Shown: in pieces, positions 26,658 to 42,243 of the stretch
How the letters are laid out: each line of letters begins with the position of its first letter
How positions within the stretch are numbered: the stretch's first letter is position 1
Assembly (NCBI RefSeq): GCF_009914755.1
Contig: NC_060926.1
Source: the human T2T-CHM13v2.0 reference genome, Homo sapiens
Strand: one strand, 5' to 3'
Length of the DNA: 64,000 nucleotides
The notes under the pieces: model-generated
The model's input: only the letters and a program-made list of their open reading frames with translations
The model's database searches: none
Told to the model about the DNA's origin: nothing
Translations under genes and position numbers: made by a program

Positions 26658-28040
26658 GGCCACAGCCTTGTGGCTTATTAGGGCTTCCTCTGTTCACACG
26701 CTGTGTACATCGTCCTGGTGGATGGGTGTTTATCTGGTAGAGTAGTTCCTGGTCTAGGCAGATCCATGTCAGTCCTTTGACCTCATTGCCCCTGGCTTTT
26801 TATGTTTGTGCTGCAGTTAACATTCTGGAAAGCACTTTTATAGAAGCCATTCCATTTGTCTTTTGTCCCTTCCCAGTAACGGCTCACCTGGGCCTATCTA
26901 ACCCATGCCGAGAGCCCGAGCTGGGAGAGGTTGCATGATTTTTACCAAGGTTGTGCGGGAAGTCAGGGAGCCTCGGTGTGCTCTTGATGCTTTGCTTCCA
27001 GAGATTGAAATCCTGGTGTGTGCAAAGAACCCCATCTCACATTAAATGGCTGCAGCTGCCTGGTCCTAATTACAGGAGTGTCCAGAACCAGGGGAGCTAT
27101 GTTAATGAGTCCGTTTGTGCAACCTAATTGCACGCACTAGAGCATCTGTGAATGTAAGCAGTCTTCTGGGCCTCTTCTCCTGGGTCCTGCATCATCTTGG
27201 ACCATTTTGTTTTGCTCACACCACAGTCCTTGTGCTGTTAAAGGATGTATCAGTTAAGCCTATTCCATTCTTTCCTGAAATCAGCTTAATTTTCATTGTC
27301 GGGGTGGCCTGTTTTATGATTTGTTTTTGTTGCTATTTTTTTCTCCTTTATTACAGATTAGATTGGAACTAGTGTGTGTGTGCATGCGTGCATGTGTGTG
27401 TGTATATGTGTGTTAGCGAGGGAATACTTCAAAAAATAAGATTTTTTACACTTGAAAGCAAGCCATGTATATGTGTACATTAGGCACTTGATATATGTTG
27501 AAAAGGTGGATTAATGGGTCATTAATTGTCCATTTTTTAATCACTTGTAGTAATGACTAATAATTATGCAACAATTTAACGGCTTATGATGTAGGATAGT
27601 GGATCTTATTAGGCCCAGTTTACAGCTGGGACTACATTGTTGGAAATGCTGCCTTCCCAGAGGTACATGGTGCAGCTGGTGTCAGGCGAGGCCATCATTT
27701 CCCGTTTCTACCTGTGGTCTTGGCTGTGCACCTGTACTCATCACTGTCCCCGTCTCTACACCCTCACCCCCTCCACACATTGAAAGTCTTATTTCTAAGA
27801 CTTCCTGGGACAGATGGGTGGTAGATGTGTATTGGGACAGTATGAAAGAGGTTCAGCTGCTTAAATTACACTTCATTAAGGGGGTTCATATTTGAACATT
27901 TTCTGAGAACAAAGATGACATGAAGAAAGTGACCTCTGTAAGGCTCTGGCAGCACTTATGCGGTACCAATACAAATGGGGGTTGGGGGCTGAGCAGAAAA
28001 CATTCTTCAAGAGTTAAATGATCAAGTCACGTAAGGCGTG

Positions 28041-28713
<673 letters not shown>

Positions 28714-29343
28714 CTGGCAGCTTCACATGTAGGGCCATCCAGTGCATGTGAGAATCTGCAGATGGTCTCCAGAAGAGCCACATCTGACCTGCCTAGTAGC
28801 TTATCTCCCAGCGAATGGGAGAGGTGCAGACCTGCTGTTGACTGTAAGGAGACTTGATTCAGCCTGTTGGTGGGGGCGCACATGTGAGGAAGAAGCCTTG
28901 GTGGGTTTGTGTGGGTCTTTCTCTTATGCCATATCCCTGGTTTATATTTGGATGGGAAAATACATAAATGTTTGATGGTGATCATTTTTATGAAACATGA
29001 CATTGTCAACTCCTTTCTTCATATGCATTTTCGAATTCAGTTCTTAACCAAAGAAGCTCTTTCTACAACAGGGTTAAATTATAAACTGAAATAGCAAATT
29101 AATACCAAAACTAAAATAAAGCTTTTTGTATAGTAAACCATACATTCAGAGGTTTAAAAAAATCCAACAAAATGAAAAATACTTTTGAGTTACTATTTTT
29201 AGAAAAAAATTAGTTTGGGTTGAAAAATTCTTACCCTCGTGAAGCTATAAAAGCACATGTTTTACTGATGAGAGAAGCTTCTGGCACATCAACTGAGACA
29301 AAAATCTTCCATATTCACTCGGTAAATACAAATACAGAAGATG

Positions 29344-29682
<339 letters not shown>

Positions 29683-29825
29683 CTACACCAGACATTTTCA
29701 GGAGTAATTTGAGAATGTGCTTGAGGTGATTATCCTTAAATCATCCAAGTGTTTTTGAATATTATTTCAATTATTTCATCTTAGAAGTATGAAATCAGCT
29801 TGTTTCTTGTTTAGAGTTGCCCTTT

Positions 29826-30137
29826 CTTTTTATTATTATTTCTTAATTGAGACAGGATCTCGATCTGTCACACAGGCTGGAGTACAGTGATGCCATCATA
29901 GCTCACTGCAGTTTCAGACTCTTGGGCTCAAGCCATCCTCCTACCTCAGTCTCCTGAGTAGCTAGCGCTACTGGTGCATGCCACCATGCCCAGGTCATTT
30001 TTCAAAATTTTTGTAGAGATGAGGGTCTCGATGTATTGCCAAATCCAGTCTCCAGCTCCTGGTCTCAAGTGATCCTCCTGTCTCAGCCTTCCAAAGTGTG
30101 ATGGGATTATAGGCGTTAGCCACCACTCCCAGCAGCC
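29826..30137 (-). mobile_element. Alu (AluJ-like)
   Basis: atcatagctcactgcag...tgggctcaagccatcctc. Confidence 0.92.
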
Positions 30138-31070
30138 CAACTTTTAAAGGATTCTCTCTCAGTCTATCGCTTGATTTGCTTAACACCAGCCATTTAATAT
30201 GAAAATGTTTAGGTGGGGGAGGGAATATCTTAATTATCATTGTGCTCCATACGCTACAGATGGCACCTGCTGGCCTTAGCAATATGGGGTCAAGTATGAA
30301 ACATGATAGAGTGACACCCAAGGAACCTATAAGGAAAGGAATTTTGATTCTTTCAGAAATAACAGGAAGAAATTATCTTAAAATCTTAAGGTTGATGCTG
30401 CAAACAACCAGAGACAATAAATAAATTGTTATTTAGTGATGTTGCAGAATATTGTGTTAATAGAGCCTGTGATCTCTTCTGGCAATTTCTTACCCTAAGT
30501 CTGGGATTTTTCCTGCTGTGCTTCTCTTACTAGAAACGTTAAGTGTGCACAGATGCTCATACGTGTGCAGAGAAATGCCTGAATTAACTCTCACACTGCC
30601 AACATTAGATCATTAAACACACTATTAGTAAATGTTCTCTATTTTGATTTTCATGTTAAGACTCATCTCTTTTGCTCATAGAATTAATTTTATCAATGAC
30701 ATAGAAAATGGTTATTTTAATACTTCTCTGCACTGCGGTATCATAGCTGTGTTTTGCCCCAGGACTTCTCTCTAATGACTTGAGCCAGCTTGAATTAGCG
30801 TGATGTATCATTAATGCATACAAATGGCTTTTATTTTTGTTCATAATCTGTTCATAATGCCACGGCATTCTGCTCTTTCTAATGTTTTTAAAATGATTAA
30901 GTAGTGATGTACTTTTTGACCTAGTTAACCCTCCATGGAATCGATGATCAAAAGAATAAGAGAATATTACTTAACTAGGATAGTCAGAAGTTGTTATAAT
31001 CTGTAGCTGATGTTTTCCAGTTATTTTGAAGTTTTTTATAATTTTTTTTTCCTTAGGGAATATGGACATA

Positions 31071-31424
<354 letters not shown>

Positions 31425-31805
31425 TCACTCATCGAGGAGCTACCCACAAACCACTGGGTTAGCAGCACTGAATTTGTTCACTTGATGAAAGATGAGGAAT
31501 AGTAATCCTTTTTAAGTTGTGAAGTTCTTTAACCTCAGAAAGGGTGGCTTTGTCTCATGGACTTTGATATTTTTTGCATAGTCCTTGTAGGTTGAGCCTG
31601 GCCAGACACTGGCTCCAAGAGGATGTGAGGAATTCAGGCTCCGAGCAGATCAGGGGCATCCCTAAAGGTTGGGTTCTGGAATCGGGTGAGTTTGTGTATT
31701 GAATGCAGAGCCTCATCGAAGCGTTGTGACGAGGAGAGCGATGCACTGACGGCCTTAGGAGTCTCCCTGATATAAGCAAAAGTCAGCTGGGAAGAGTGGA
31801 TTTCA

Positions 31806-32608
<803 letters not shown>

Positions 32609-33230
32609 AAACTTTTCCCACCCTGTGGTTATTGATTTTTGCACGGCATTTCCTTGAGCAAACAGAACAGCTTTTGGACCCAGTCTCCAATTAGACATTT
32701 GGTTGGTTTTTTATCCCTCTGTATTTGATTTAGATGAGTGCTTCCGTGCATGGTTTTCTTTACTGAAAGCTGTGTCTCTGTCCTTCCTAATTTCCCGAGG
32801 ATCCATCTCTGGAAGTGAGACTGTGTGTCCACATCCTTCAGAATGTTAAGGCTTTGAATCCTTGGTGTTGACTGGCCTTCCAGGAGACCTGTCCTAATTC
32901 AGCGTTCTCCAGCAGCTGCCCTTTTTCTGCACCTGGCCACACTGGGTATATTCATTTTGAAAACCTCTATCAGTTTATACACAGAAGTATTATTTCATGT
33001 AAGTCACCCCCAAATATGAAAATAAGTCCACGTCCTGTAATCTGTTTTGTTATCTGATTTCCCACCTGTCCTAGGTAGGAAAGGTGTACTCCTGAGGATG
33101 ACACGTGGGACCCAGGCAGTCCTTGCTGCTCTTACAGATGCGCGCTTTTGGGGTCATCAGGCGGTTGCAAAGGTGGGAGCAGCCGTGCTCCCCAGAATGC
33201 TGACAGCACAGAGCACTGGTCTGAAGATCT

Positions 33231-33336
33231 GTGTGTGGCTGTGATCCGTGCGTGGCTGTGACCCGTGCGTGGCTTTGGCCCGTGCGTGGCTCCGGCCCGT
33301 GTGTGGCGGTTGCCCATGTGTGGCTGTGACATGTGG
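33231..33336. repeat. 17-bp degenerate minisatellite, about 6 copies
   Basis: gtgcgtggctgtgaccc-type unit repeated with substitutions. Confidence 0.88.
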
Positions 33337-33889
33337 AGGCGAACTTCCACGGCAGAAGTGCCATGCTTCCGTAAGCTCTTCCGACTGGTTGGTAGGCGCT
33401 TTTATCGGCACATGAGCACCTTACAGACAAATATCTGAAGTACACTTCAAAGGAGGCAAAGAAAAAGCAAAACTGCCAGTTCCTTGAGCATGGCTGTGTG
33501 TCGTTGGTGCTCTGAAGGGCTTGAGAATCTCTCTCTACCCTTCATTTTCATGCACAGAAACCGAGTTTCAGGGAAGAGCTGTGGCCCACCACGGTCGCTT
33601 CAGCCCCTCCCCGTTGCCCATGTTTATTCCTTTTCTGCCTTTCCTCATTGTCCATCTGGACTGGGGATCTTGGTCACGTAGATCCATGTTTCCCAGGCAC
33701 CTAAAGCACATCCCCCCCACTTTGGTGATCGTAAAAATCTGTTATTCCATGTTTGAAATATCAGGATTTCAGAACTCAGTCACTGACAGGTCACTGCCAC
33801 AACAGCTAAAGAATTAAAACCCAAACATGTCTCCTTATCTCTGCTGCGTCCTGAGTCGGCTCGGCTGCCTGCATGTTCCCACCCCTGAT

Positions 33890-34598
33890 GGGGGCACCTG
33901 GGAGCGCCCGTGGGGTGGGGGCATCTGGGAGCGCCCGTGGGGTGGGGGCATCTGGGAGCGCCCGTGGGGTGGGGGCATCTGGGAGCGCCCGTGGGGTGGG
34001 GGCATCTGGGAGCGCCCGTGGGGTTGGGGGCATCTGGGAGCGTCCGTGGGGTTGGGGGCATCTGGGAGCATCCGTGGGGTGGGGGTATCTGGGAGCGTCC
34101 GTGGGGTTGGGGGCATCTGGGAGCGTCCGTGGGGTGGGGGTATCTGGGAGCGTCCGTGGGGTTGGGGGCATCTGGGAGCGTCCGTGGGGTTGGGGGCATC
34201 TGGGAGCATCCGTGGGGTGGGGGTATCTGGGAGCGTCCGTGGGGTTGGGGGTATCTGGGAGCGTCCGTGGGGTGGGCGTATCTGGGAGCGTCCGTGGGGT
34301 GGGGGTATCTGGGAGCGTCCGTGGGGTTGGGGGTATCTGGGAGCGTCCGTGGGGTGGGCGTATCTGGGAGCGTCCGTGGGGTGGGGGTATCTGGGAGCGT
34401 CCGTGGGGTTGGGGGTATCTGGGAGCGTCCGTGGGGTGGGCGTATCTGGGAGCGTCCGTGGGGTTGGGGGTATCTGGGAGCGTCCGTGGGGTGGGGGCAT
34501 CTGGGAGCGTCCGTGGGGGTGGGGGTATCTGGGAGCGTCTGTGGGGTGGGCGTATCTGGGAGTGTCTGTGGGATGGGGGCACCTGCGAGCGCCCGTGG
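33890..34598. repeat. G-rich VNTR, 27/28-bp unit, about 26 copies
   Basis: Unit GGGGGYATCTGGGAGCGYCCGTGGGGT(T) with variant units. Confidence 0.98.
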
Positions 34599-35997
34599 CA
34601 GCTGCTTTGCTTTCCCCATGGGTGGTAGTCTCACGCTGCCCCCACAGGCCCGGCCCCTCCAGTGGGAACATGTGCCTGCACTTTTTAGTCGAACATGTAA
34701 ATTAATCAGCAGCAGTCCAGCCTAAAAAGAGAAGCTGAACACTGTTCGTTTGGGGGCTCATCGGCTCACTGCCGCGTGGTCAGTCCTGGTGCCGTGAGCA
34801 CAGCCAACCGGACTGTACCACATGTTCCCTTCTCCCTGGGCTGAGCAATCGCTTCCCCGCTAAATGTTCGGCAGCACTTTGCCTTGTACGTGTCTACGTC
34901 TGCAGGAGGGGCTGTGACTCATCCCCAGCCAACTGTATTCCAAGCACAGCCATAGTTCAGAGTGAATCTTTATGGTCTGTGAATTCTGGAGTTTCAGAAA
35001 ACTCTCTCATTCAACGTTGTGAGTAAACCGTAAGAAAAAATATTGAACACCAACATAGTCATCTGGGTACTGGGAAATACTCCCATGCCCGCACCAAGAT
35101 TTCATTATTCAATGAAAAGTCCAAGGTAGTGCTTACATTTCTGGCCTGACCTCTAGATGTGTAGAATTTCAGAGCTGGAAGGACAGAGACCCCACCTAGC
35201 TCGACCCTTCCCTTCACAGGTGGACAGGACCGGTCTTGTCAGATAGAGTGTTTAGTAGCAAGGCAGGTGCTAGAAATTAGGTCTGTATCTTTTGGCTGCA
35301 CAGTTCGATTCTTGTTTTATGAATGTCGTACTTAGAAGCCATTGGCTACATTAAAAAACTTGGTAGTGAGCTAAAATAAAATGCTCCTTTAAGTTATAAT
35401 TGTTTTTAGTAAAATTTAAGCCATTTTAACACAGGGTGCTTGGATTAAATGCAGTACGATAACACATCGATTATTTTTATAAGCTAACTAATAAAAATTC
35501 ACAGAGCGTTTTCTGCATGCAACAGAATATGTGGGTAACAGGACATTGGGTCTGTGACAAGGTCTGAGCTAGAAGGACCGTATGGCCCATGAAGCACAGT
35601 GTATGCAAGTGCTGTTGTAATTTAGTAAACCGCCACTAGGGGGCATTGAAAGCGCGTCTAAGGATTATTCTCCTGCGCAAATGTTTTCCTTTTGCTGTCA
35701 CCATGGAGAATACAGATATAATAAAACACACTGGTTTAAGAGACCATTTAGACCTGTAATAAGATACACTCCGTAAAGCGTGTGAAGTTACTGGATCAGC
35801 AGCACACAAATGCAGAAGTAAAAAAGTTTGATTCATTGGAATGAGGAGGAGAACACAATTAAAAAGATGAAATGTTATATTCTGTGGTTAAAGAATTCTA
35901 CATTCTGTGGTTATATATTCTGTGATTTTGCCCTGCATGTAACTTTACAGAAGAATCAAAGAAAAGTTGGCCAAAGATACAAAGTTTTTCTTTTGTA

Positions 35998-36455
35998 TTT
36001 TTTTGAGAAGGAGTCTGGCTCTGTCGCCCAAGCTAGAGTGCAGTGGTAAGATCTCGGCTCACTGCTACCTCCACTTCCTGGGTTCAAGCAATTTTCATGC
36101 CTCAGCCTCCCGAGTAGCTGGGATTATATGTGCGTGCCACCACACCGGCTAATTTTTTTTTTTTTTTTTTTTTGTGAGATGTAGTTTTGCTCTTTTGCCC
36201 AGGCTGGAGTTCAGTGGTATGATCTTGGCTCACTGCAACCTCTGCCTTCCAGATTCAAGCAATTCTCCTGATTCAGCCTCCCAAGTATCTAGGATTACAG
36301 CCCGCCACCACGCCTGGCTAATTTTTGTATTTTTAGTAGAAATGGGATTTCGACATCTTGGCCAGGCTGGTCTCAAACTCCTGACCTCAGGTGATCTGCC
36401 CACCTTGGCCTCCCAAAGTGCTGGGATTGCAGGTGTGAGTCACTGCACCCTGGCC
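35998..36455 (-). mobile_element. Alu full dimer plus extra right arm (L-R-R trimer)
   Basis: Dimer 36153-36455 with T tract abutting a further right monomer 35998-36152. Confidence 0.93.
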
Positions 36456-36817
36456 TGATACTTCTTTATAGAGTATAATAAATGGACTTATTATTTAGCC
36501 CATCATTCTCTCTTAACAGAATGCACCAAGAGTTTCTCTGGCTTGAGTGATTGGCCAGGCACCTCACGTTAGCGTCTGCAGCCTTGAATCGGGAGGCAGG
36601 TTGGGCGCAGGCTTCTCGTGCGCACCAGCGAGCACCCGGGCCAAGCGTGGAGGCTCTGCGGGCTGGGGGTCCGGCCCACACCATCAGCCTCTGTGCAGCC
36701 GTTGCTTTTTCCGTTGACCAAAGCCATGACCTTACCTTTATGCAGTCGTGTTCAGAGAGAGATGAAGCCTCAAAGGCAAAGTCAGACTGACACTCCTGGG
36801 AGCATGACGGGAGTTGA

Positions 36818-37345
<528 letters not shown>

Positions 37346-39356
37346 TGAAGGTTTTTTTCTTTTCCCTCTTAGTTTTTCTTACCCTAAGATAGAGGGCTTC
37401 TCCCTACCAGTTTTTCGTTTGTTTATTGTTTTCACCCTTTATTTTCTCTCACTACACAAGGTTCATTAGAATTTGAGAAATTGTAGCATCTCATATTAGA
37501 ACACTTTCAATTTCTATATTTGTAAAATGGGACTAATTGTATTTTCAGTACCTCAAATGAGAAATAGATCCAATCACAAACTCAGTATTCTTCAAACATT
37601 TTCTCTATCAGAATATGTACAAATTGAATGTCTAGAATTTATAAAGATTTTGGAGAATTTTACTACTTTCAGTATATAGAGTAGTGAAAATTTGGCAGAA
37701 AGTCATGAGAAAAGAAGTTAAGTAAAAGTGGGTATTTCATCAGAGCGGAGAGCCACATTCCCCTTAGGAGGGTAGCTTTCTCAAAGTAGTCTTTTAGTGC
37801 CAAAGGACAATGTTTTACCATCCTCTAAGATGTAGGGCATTCTGTGGGGAGCCAATGGGTAGAGCTGGGGCCCAAGGTTCAGGTGTTGCAGTCGAATCAG
37901 TAAACTCCGGCGGCATCCAGGGATGTGCACGGTGCCGGGGCACATTCACAGAACCTACCTGCAGGTGGGCACGGCTTTGTAGAGAGGGTAGGCACAGCCG
38001 CCGTGGGATGAAGCCTGCTCCCAGCACTGTTAGCGGTTGACAGTGTTGTCGGGGATCTGGGCAGCCATGTGGGCCAGGCCCCAGTTTGGCCAGCGCTGCA
38101 GCTTCCTCTCTCTGATTCATCGAGTTCCCAGATCTGTTTCTTACAGAAGAAGAAACACCTGCTGCCGAAATACAGTTTGAAAAACCCTGATCTCAGAAAT
38201 AGGATTCCTGATGACAGACCTTAGCAAATATTCCAATAATTATACCAACTGTACTAAAGATCCCAGTACTCGAGTAATTCACCATAAATGAGTGAAAATT
38301 ATTCAACTGGATTAGAAATTGCCAGCCTTGGATCCTTTTCTCAGATATTTTGTTTTCCTGGGTATTTTCCCTCTTCTGGGTTCTTAGTGCCCGTCCCCCG
38401 TAGCTCCGTCACACAGTCCTGTTGCTGCTACCTTGGGGCCCAGGCGTGTCTTTTGTCCCCCAGTGCCTGGCACGGTGCCCTCCAGGAGTACTCCTGGGAT
38501 TGGTGGCAGGTCATGCAGTCATTGCTCACCAGAGCCAGGACATGCCTGGGCTGCTGAGTGGGGCGTGCCCAACTCTTTCTGCTTTGAGTTTTCTTTTTCC
38601 TCCAGTGGCAAGGTTTGCGTGGTCTTCACTCTTTTGCAGAAAATTGTTGGCATTGCATCATTGGCTTATGCTACTAAATAATGTTTTAAGGAATTGGAGT
38701 TTTGCGAGGAGATGGTGACAAGCCTCACTCAGGTCTTTGGTTTCTGTCCTCCTTCCTGGGCAGGCCCTTTGCCCAAATGGTTGTTAAAGAAATGCAAACA
38801 GTTAGTTGTTCCGTTCATGCTGTTGCGTGAGATAAGTTAGGATGCTCTTGAAGAAGTTTAGTGACATTCAGAGGAAATCCTTCCAACACAATATACAATT
38901 AATTGCTGTAAAATATCGTGGTCAAAATCTCGGGGAGGCAGTGAAAAAAAAACGAAAGCAGTGACTAAAGGGCATCTCCAGGTGCCGCCTCTCACCTGGT
39001 CCTGGATCATGGGGGAGGCACAGGCGACGCTCCGAGGCAGCCTGGCTTGTGTTAGCTGAGTTCTGCTTTGGCACAGGGGAGGGAGGACATGGCCCTCGGC
39101 TGCCAAGGAGCATCCAGTCCTTTCCAAGGACTTTGGTTTTCCAGAGTTACACTTCACATGTATTTCTATTAAGATACACACTTATGTATGTTTCATATAT
39201 TAGCAAGTGTATCTCATATCTTCTGAATACACACATTTAAACATGTTTTTGTGATTAAAATAACTTGTTTGTAAAAATACAGGAAACTGTAAGACAGCAA
39301 GTAAAAATCACCTATAATCCCACCTCCTAGTAATAACACATATATATACACACACA

Positions 39357-39677
39357 TTTTTTTCTTTCTTTGTTTCTTTTTTTTTTTTGAGACGGAGTCT
39401 CACTGTATCGCCCAGGCTGGAATGCAGTGGTGGGATCTCCGCCCACTGTAAGCTCCGCTCCCCGGGTTCATGCCATGCCATTCTCCTGCCTCAGCCTCCC
39501 CAGTAGCTGGGACTACAGACGCACGCCACCCCACGCCTGGCTAATTTTTTTTGTATTTTTAGTAGAGACGGGTTTCACAGTGTTTGCCAGGATGGTCTCG
39601 ATCTCCTGACCTCATGATCTGCCCACCTCGGCCTCCCAAAGTGCTGGGATTACAGGCGTGAGCCACCACGCCTGGCC
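39357..39677 (-). mobile_element. Alu (AluY-like)
   Basis: aagctccg, gccattctcc, ggatggtctcgatctcctgacctc. Confidence 0.95.
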
Positions 39678-39780
39678 TCTTTCTTTTTGAGACAGAGTCT
39701 CACTCTGTCACCCAGGCCGGAGTGCAGTGGTGCCATCTCGGCTCACTGCAACTGCCGCCTCCTAGGTTCAAGTGATTCTC
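39678..39780 (-). mobile_element. Partial Alu right arm
   Basis: tttttgagacagagtctcactctgtc...ggttcaagtgattctc then abrupt end. Confidence 0.9.
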
Positions 39781-40059
39781 AAGTGGGGGCTCCGGAGGGT
39801 TCCTGCATTGCCCATGATGGATATTCACGCAATCATAAAATCTCCTAAAGTAGAAGATTTAAATAGAAGCTTAAACTGAAGGACAAGGCTTAGAACACTC
39901 AGAATCATTTCAGACTTTTATTTAAACTGCTTAGAAAAGCTGGTGGATTTTGAGAAAAAAATTGCCTTTCATGGATTATCACAGTCAGTGCTAGGATAAT
40001 TAAGCTCAAAGTGGCAGATTCCAATGCTTCAGGAATGTCTGACCCCTGTACCGAGATGG

Positions 40060-40503
40060 TGTGGTGAGCAGGAAGATGGGGTCCCAAAAGATACTCAAGT
40101 TCTAATCCCTGGAATTGACGAATATTATATTTTGTGTCCAAAATATAAAGGGTCTTTGCAGATGTGGTTAAGAATCTTGAATACCTTCTGATTGGGCCCT
40201 GAAAGCAATTGCATGTATCCTTATAATAGGGAGGGAGAAGGGTCCACGTGGAGCAGAGGAGTTTGAAGATGCTGCCTGGATGTTGGGACTAACATGGCCC
40301 AGGAGTGCGGCCGCCGCAGGTGCTGGGAGGCCCACAGATAACTGCTCACCTGTAGTCTCTGGGTCCGGCATGGCCCCCAGCACCTTGTCAGCCAAGTGAT
40401 GGCGATTTTGGACTTTGGCGTCCAGAACTTTGAGAAAATTAAGTTTCTGTTGGGCCACTGGGTTCATGGGAACTTGTTAGAGCAGCTGCAGGAAGCTAAG
40501 GCA
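40060..40503 (+). mobile_element. MLT1D-like (ERVL-MaLR) LTR
   Basis: tgtggt...ctaatccctggaa...ctttgcagatgtggttaag...tttgaagatgct...tccagaact.tgagaaaattaagtttctgttg...ttgttagagcagc...ggaagctaa. Confidence 0.8.
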
Positions 40504-41023
40504 GATGGTCAGAGGCAGGCCGCCTCCAGAGGGCTTCTGCTGGGGAGCACGGTCTCCAGGCTGCGCCATAGGTGCAGAAGGTTCAGGTGCACCTGAGGAG
40601 CCTTGGGGCCACTCTGGGGCTCCCACCACACGTGGGCACAGCTGGGAGCAGGGCACCCCCAGGAACCCACGGACCTGCCACAGGATGCAGCCAGGGTGAC
40701 CTAAGGCATGTGGGCGTGCAAAGATGACGGGCGTGGCTTTTCAACTGGAGACATGCCGGTCTCTGCCCTGTGGAACTGGTGGCCGTGTGTTCACGTGACT
40801 TGAGAGCTCCATCTGCCCTGTCTGGTCTTCCCCGAAGAGTGATCCCCACCTGGAGAGGCTTAGAGCCCAGGAAGCTGAAGCGAGGAGAGGCTGTGTGACT
40901 CCGGCCGTTGTGGTGGGTGCTCATCTGCGTCAGTTACATCTTGTGCAGTCAGGGGCTCCCTCCTTCCTTCTTCCAACTCACTCCTTACCTCCCCCTCTTC
41001 CCAGCACTCCTGTCTCTCCCCAG

Positions 41024-41069
41024 TGTTAGAAATGAGTTCTGAATTTCTCTTCAAAGAATCAGTATGTCG
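41024..41069 (+). mobile_element. Short LTR10-like (ERV1) 5' fragment
   Basis: tgttagaaatgagttctgaatttctcttcaaagaatcagtatgtc resembles the remembered LTR10 start; very short. Confidence 0.45.
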
Positions 41070-41212
41070 TTTTAACCTTACAATATTTCATATTTTAATC
41101 ATTCATCCTTTTTACTTGTTTCGAGGCCTGTGACAAAAAATTCAGATGGAATTACATAACTGTTCTGTTTAGAAAATAGAAGTAAATGCAATGTTCCGGA
41201 GCTGACATGTTT

Positions 41213-41535
41213 CTTGTTTCTTTTTTTTTTTCTTTTCTTATCTTTTTTTTTTTTTTGAGTTGGAGTCTCACTCTGTTGCCCAGGCTGGAACGCAGTGGTG
41301 CGATCTTGGCTTACTGCAACCTCCGCCTCCGAGTTCAAGTGATTCTCTTGCCTCAGCCTCCCAAGTAGCTGAGATTACATTAATTAACCAGCCACCATGC
41401 CTGGCTAATTTTTTGTATTTTTAGTAGAGACAGGGATGTCGGCCAGGCTGGTCTCGAATCCTGACCTCAGGTGATCCGCCTGCGTCAGCCTCCCAAAGTG
41501 CTGGGATTACGTGTGTGAGCCACCACACCCAACCC
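41213..41535 (-). mobile_element. Alu (AluS-like)
   Basis: Dimer with a short ttaattaacc replacement in the right arm. Confidence 0.94.
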
Positions 41536-42243
41536 CAGATATTTCTTATAATCCCGCTAATGACAAGACAAGCAGAGCTGATGCTTTATGACAGACCACA
41601 CTGAGAAACTCTGATTTCTCTTGACGAACTTCCCTAAAGACAGCTGTTGACAAATAGCTCCTCACCAGCAGGCGCATGTATTCCAGCCCCATCAGATCTC
41701 CATCTTAGCTGTTCCTCAGTCAGCTACCAAGAAGCCAGCACTTGTAGGTTATGGCTTGTGGATGGATAAACTCTGGGCTGGACCACAGAGTCCTCCCATT
41801 CATGGTGCTTCAGCATCTCACTTAGTCAGTTGACCCAGCTGTGAAATGGATCTGCCTTTTCTTGATTATCTTCTTCTGGGAATGCCTCTCATAGCTGAAA
41901 TGTGTCTGTAGCTTGGGCCTAAGAAGGTGGGTGACACTGAACACAAGGCAGAGAGTTCATTGTCACAGGACTGAGCACAGCTGAGCGGCTGTGACCAGCC
42001 TTCACATAGAACCAGCCGCGAGTAGACAGGCAGAGGCCGCCCTCGGAGCCTGGGATGCAAGCGGGTCTCTCTCTGACCTTCAGGAGGTCACTGAGTCCTT
42101 GTGGGCCCTGCATTCTTTATGTGCCCAGTAAAGCTGTCGGGATGGCTCTGTTTGATTTTGTTGGGATATGGAGTGAAAAGCACCAAGCTGTCTGTAGCCA
42201 CTTTTTCTCCCCTCTGTGTTTTGGAAGCAGATCAACTTACTAT

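Noticed and set aside
33780-34725. Six overlapping ORFs of 251-292 aa on both strands
   Set aside because: Artefact of a stop-free 27/28-bp VNTR; translations are low-complexity repeats with no splice or promoter context
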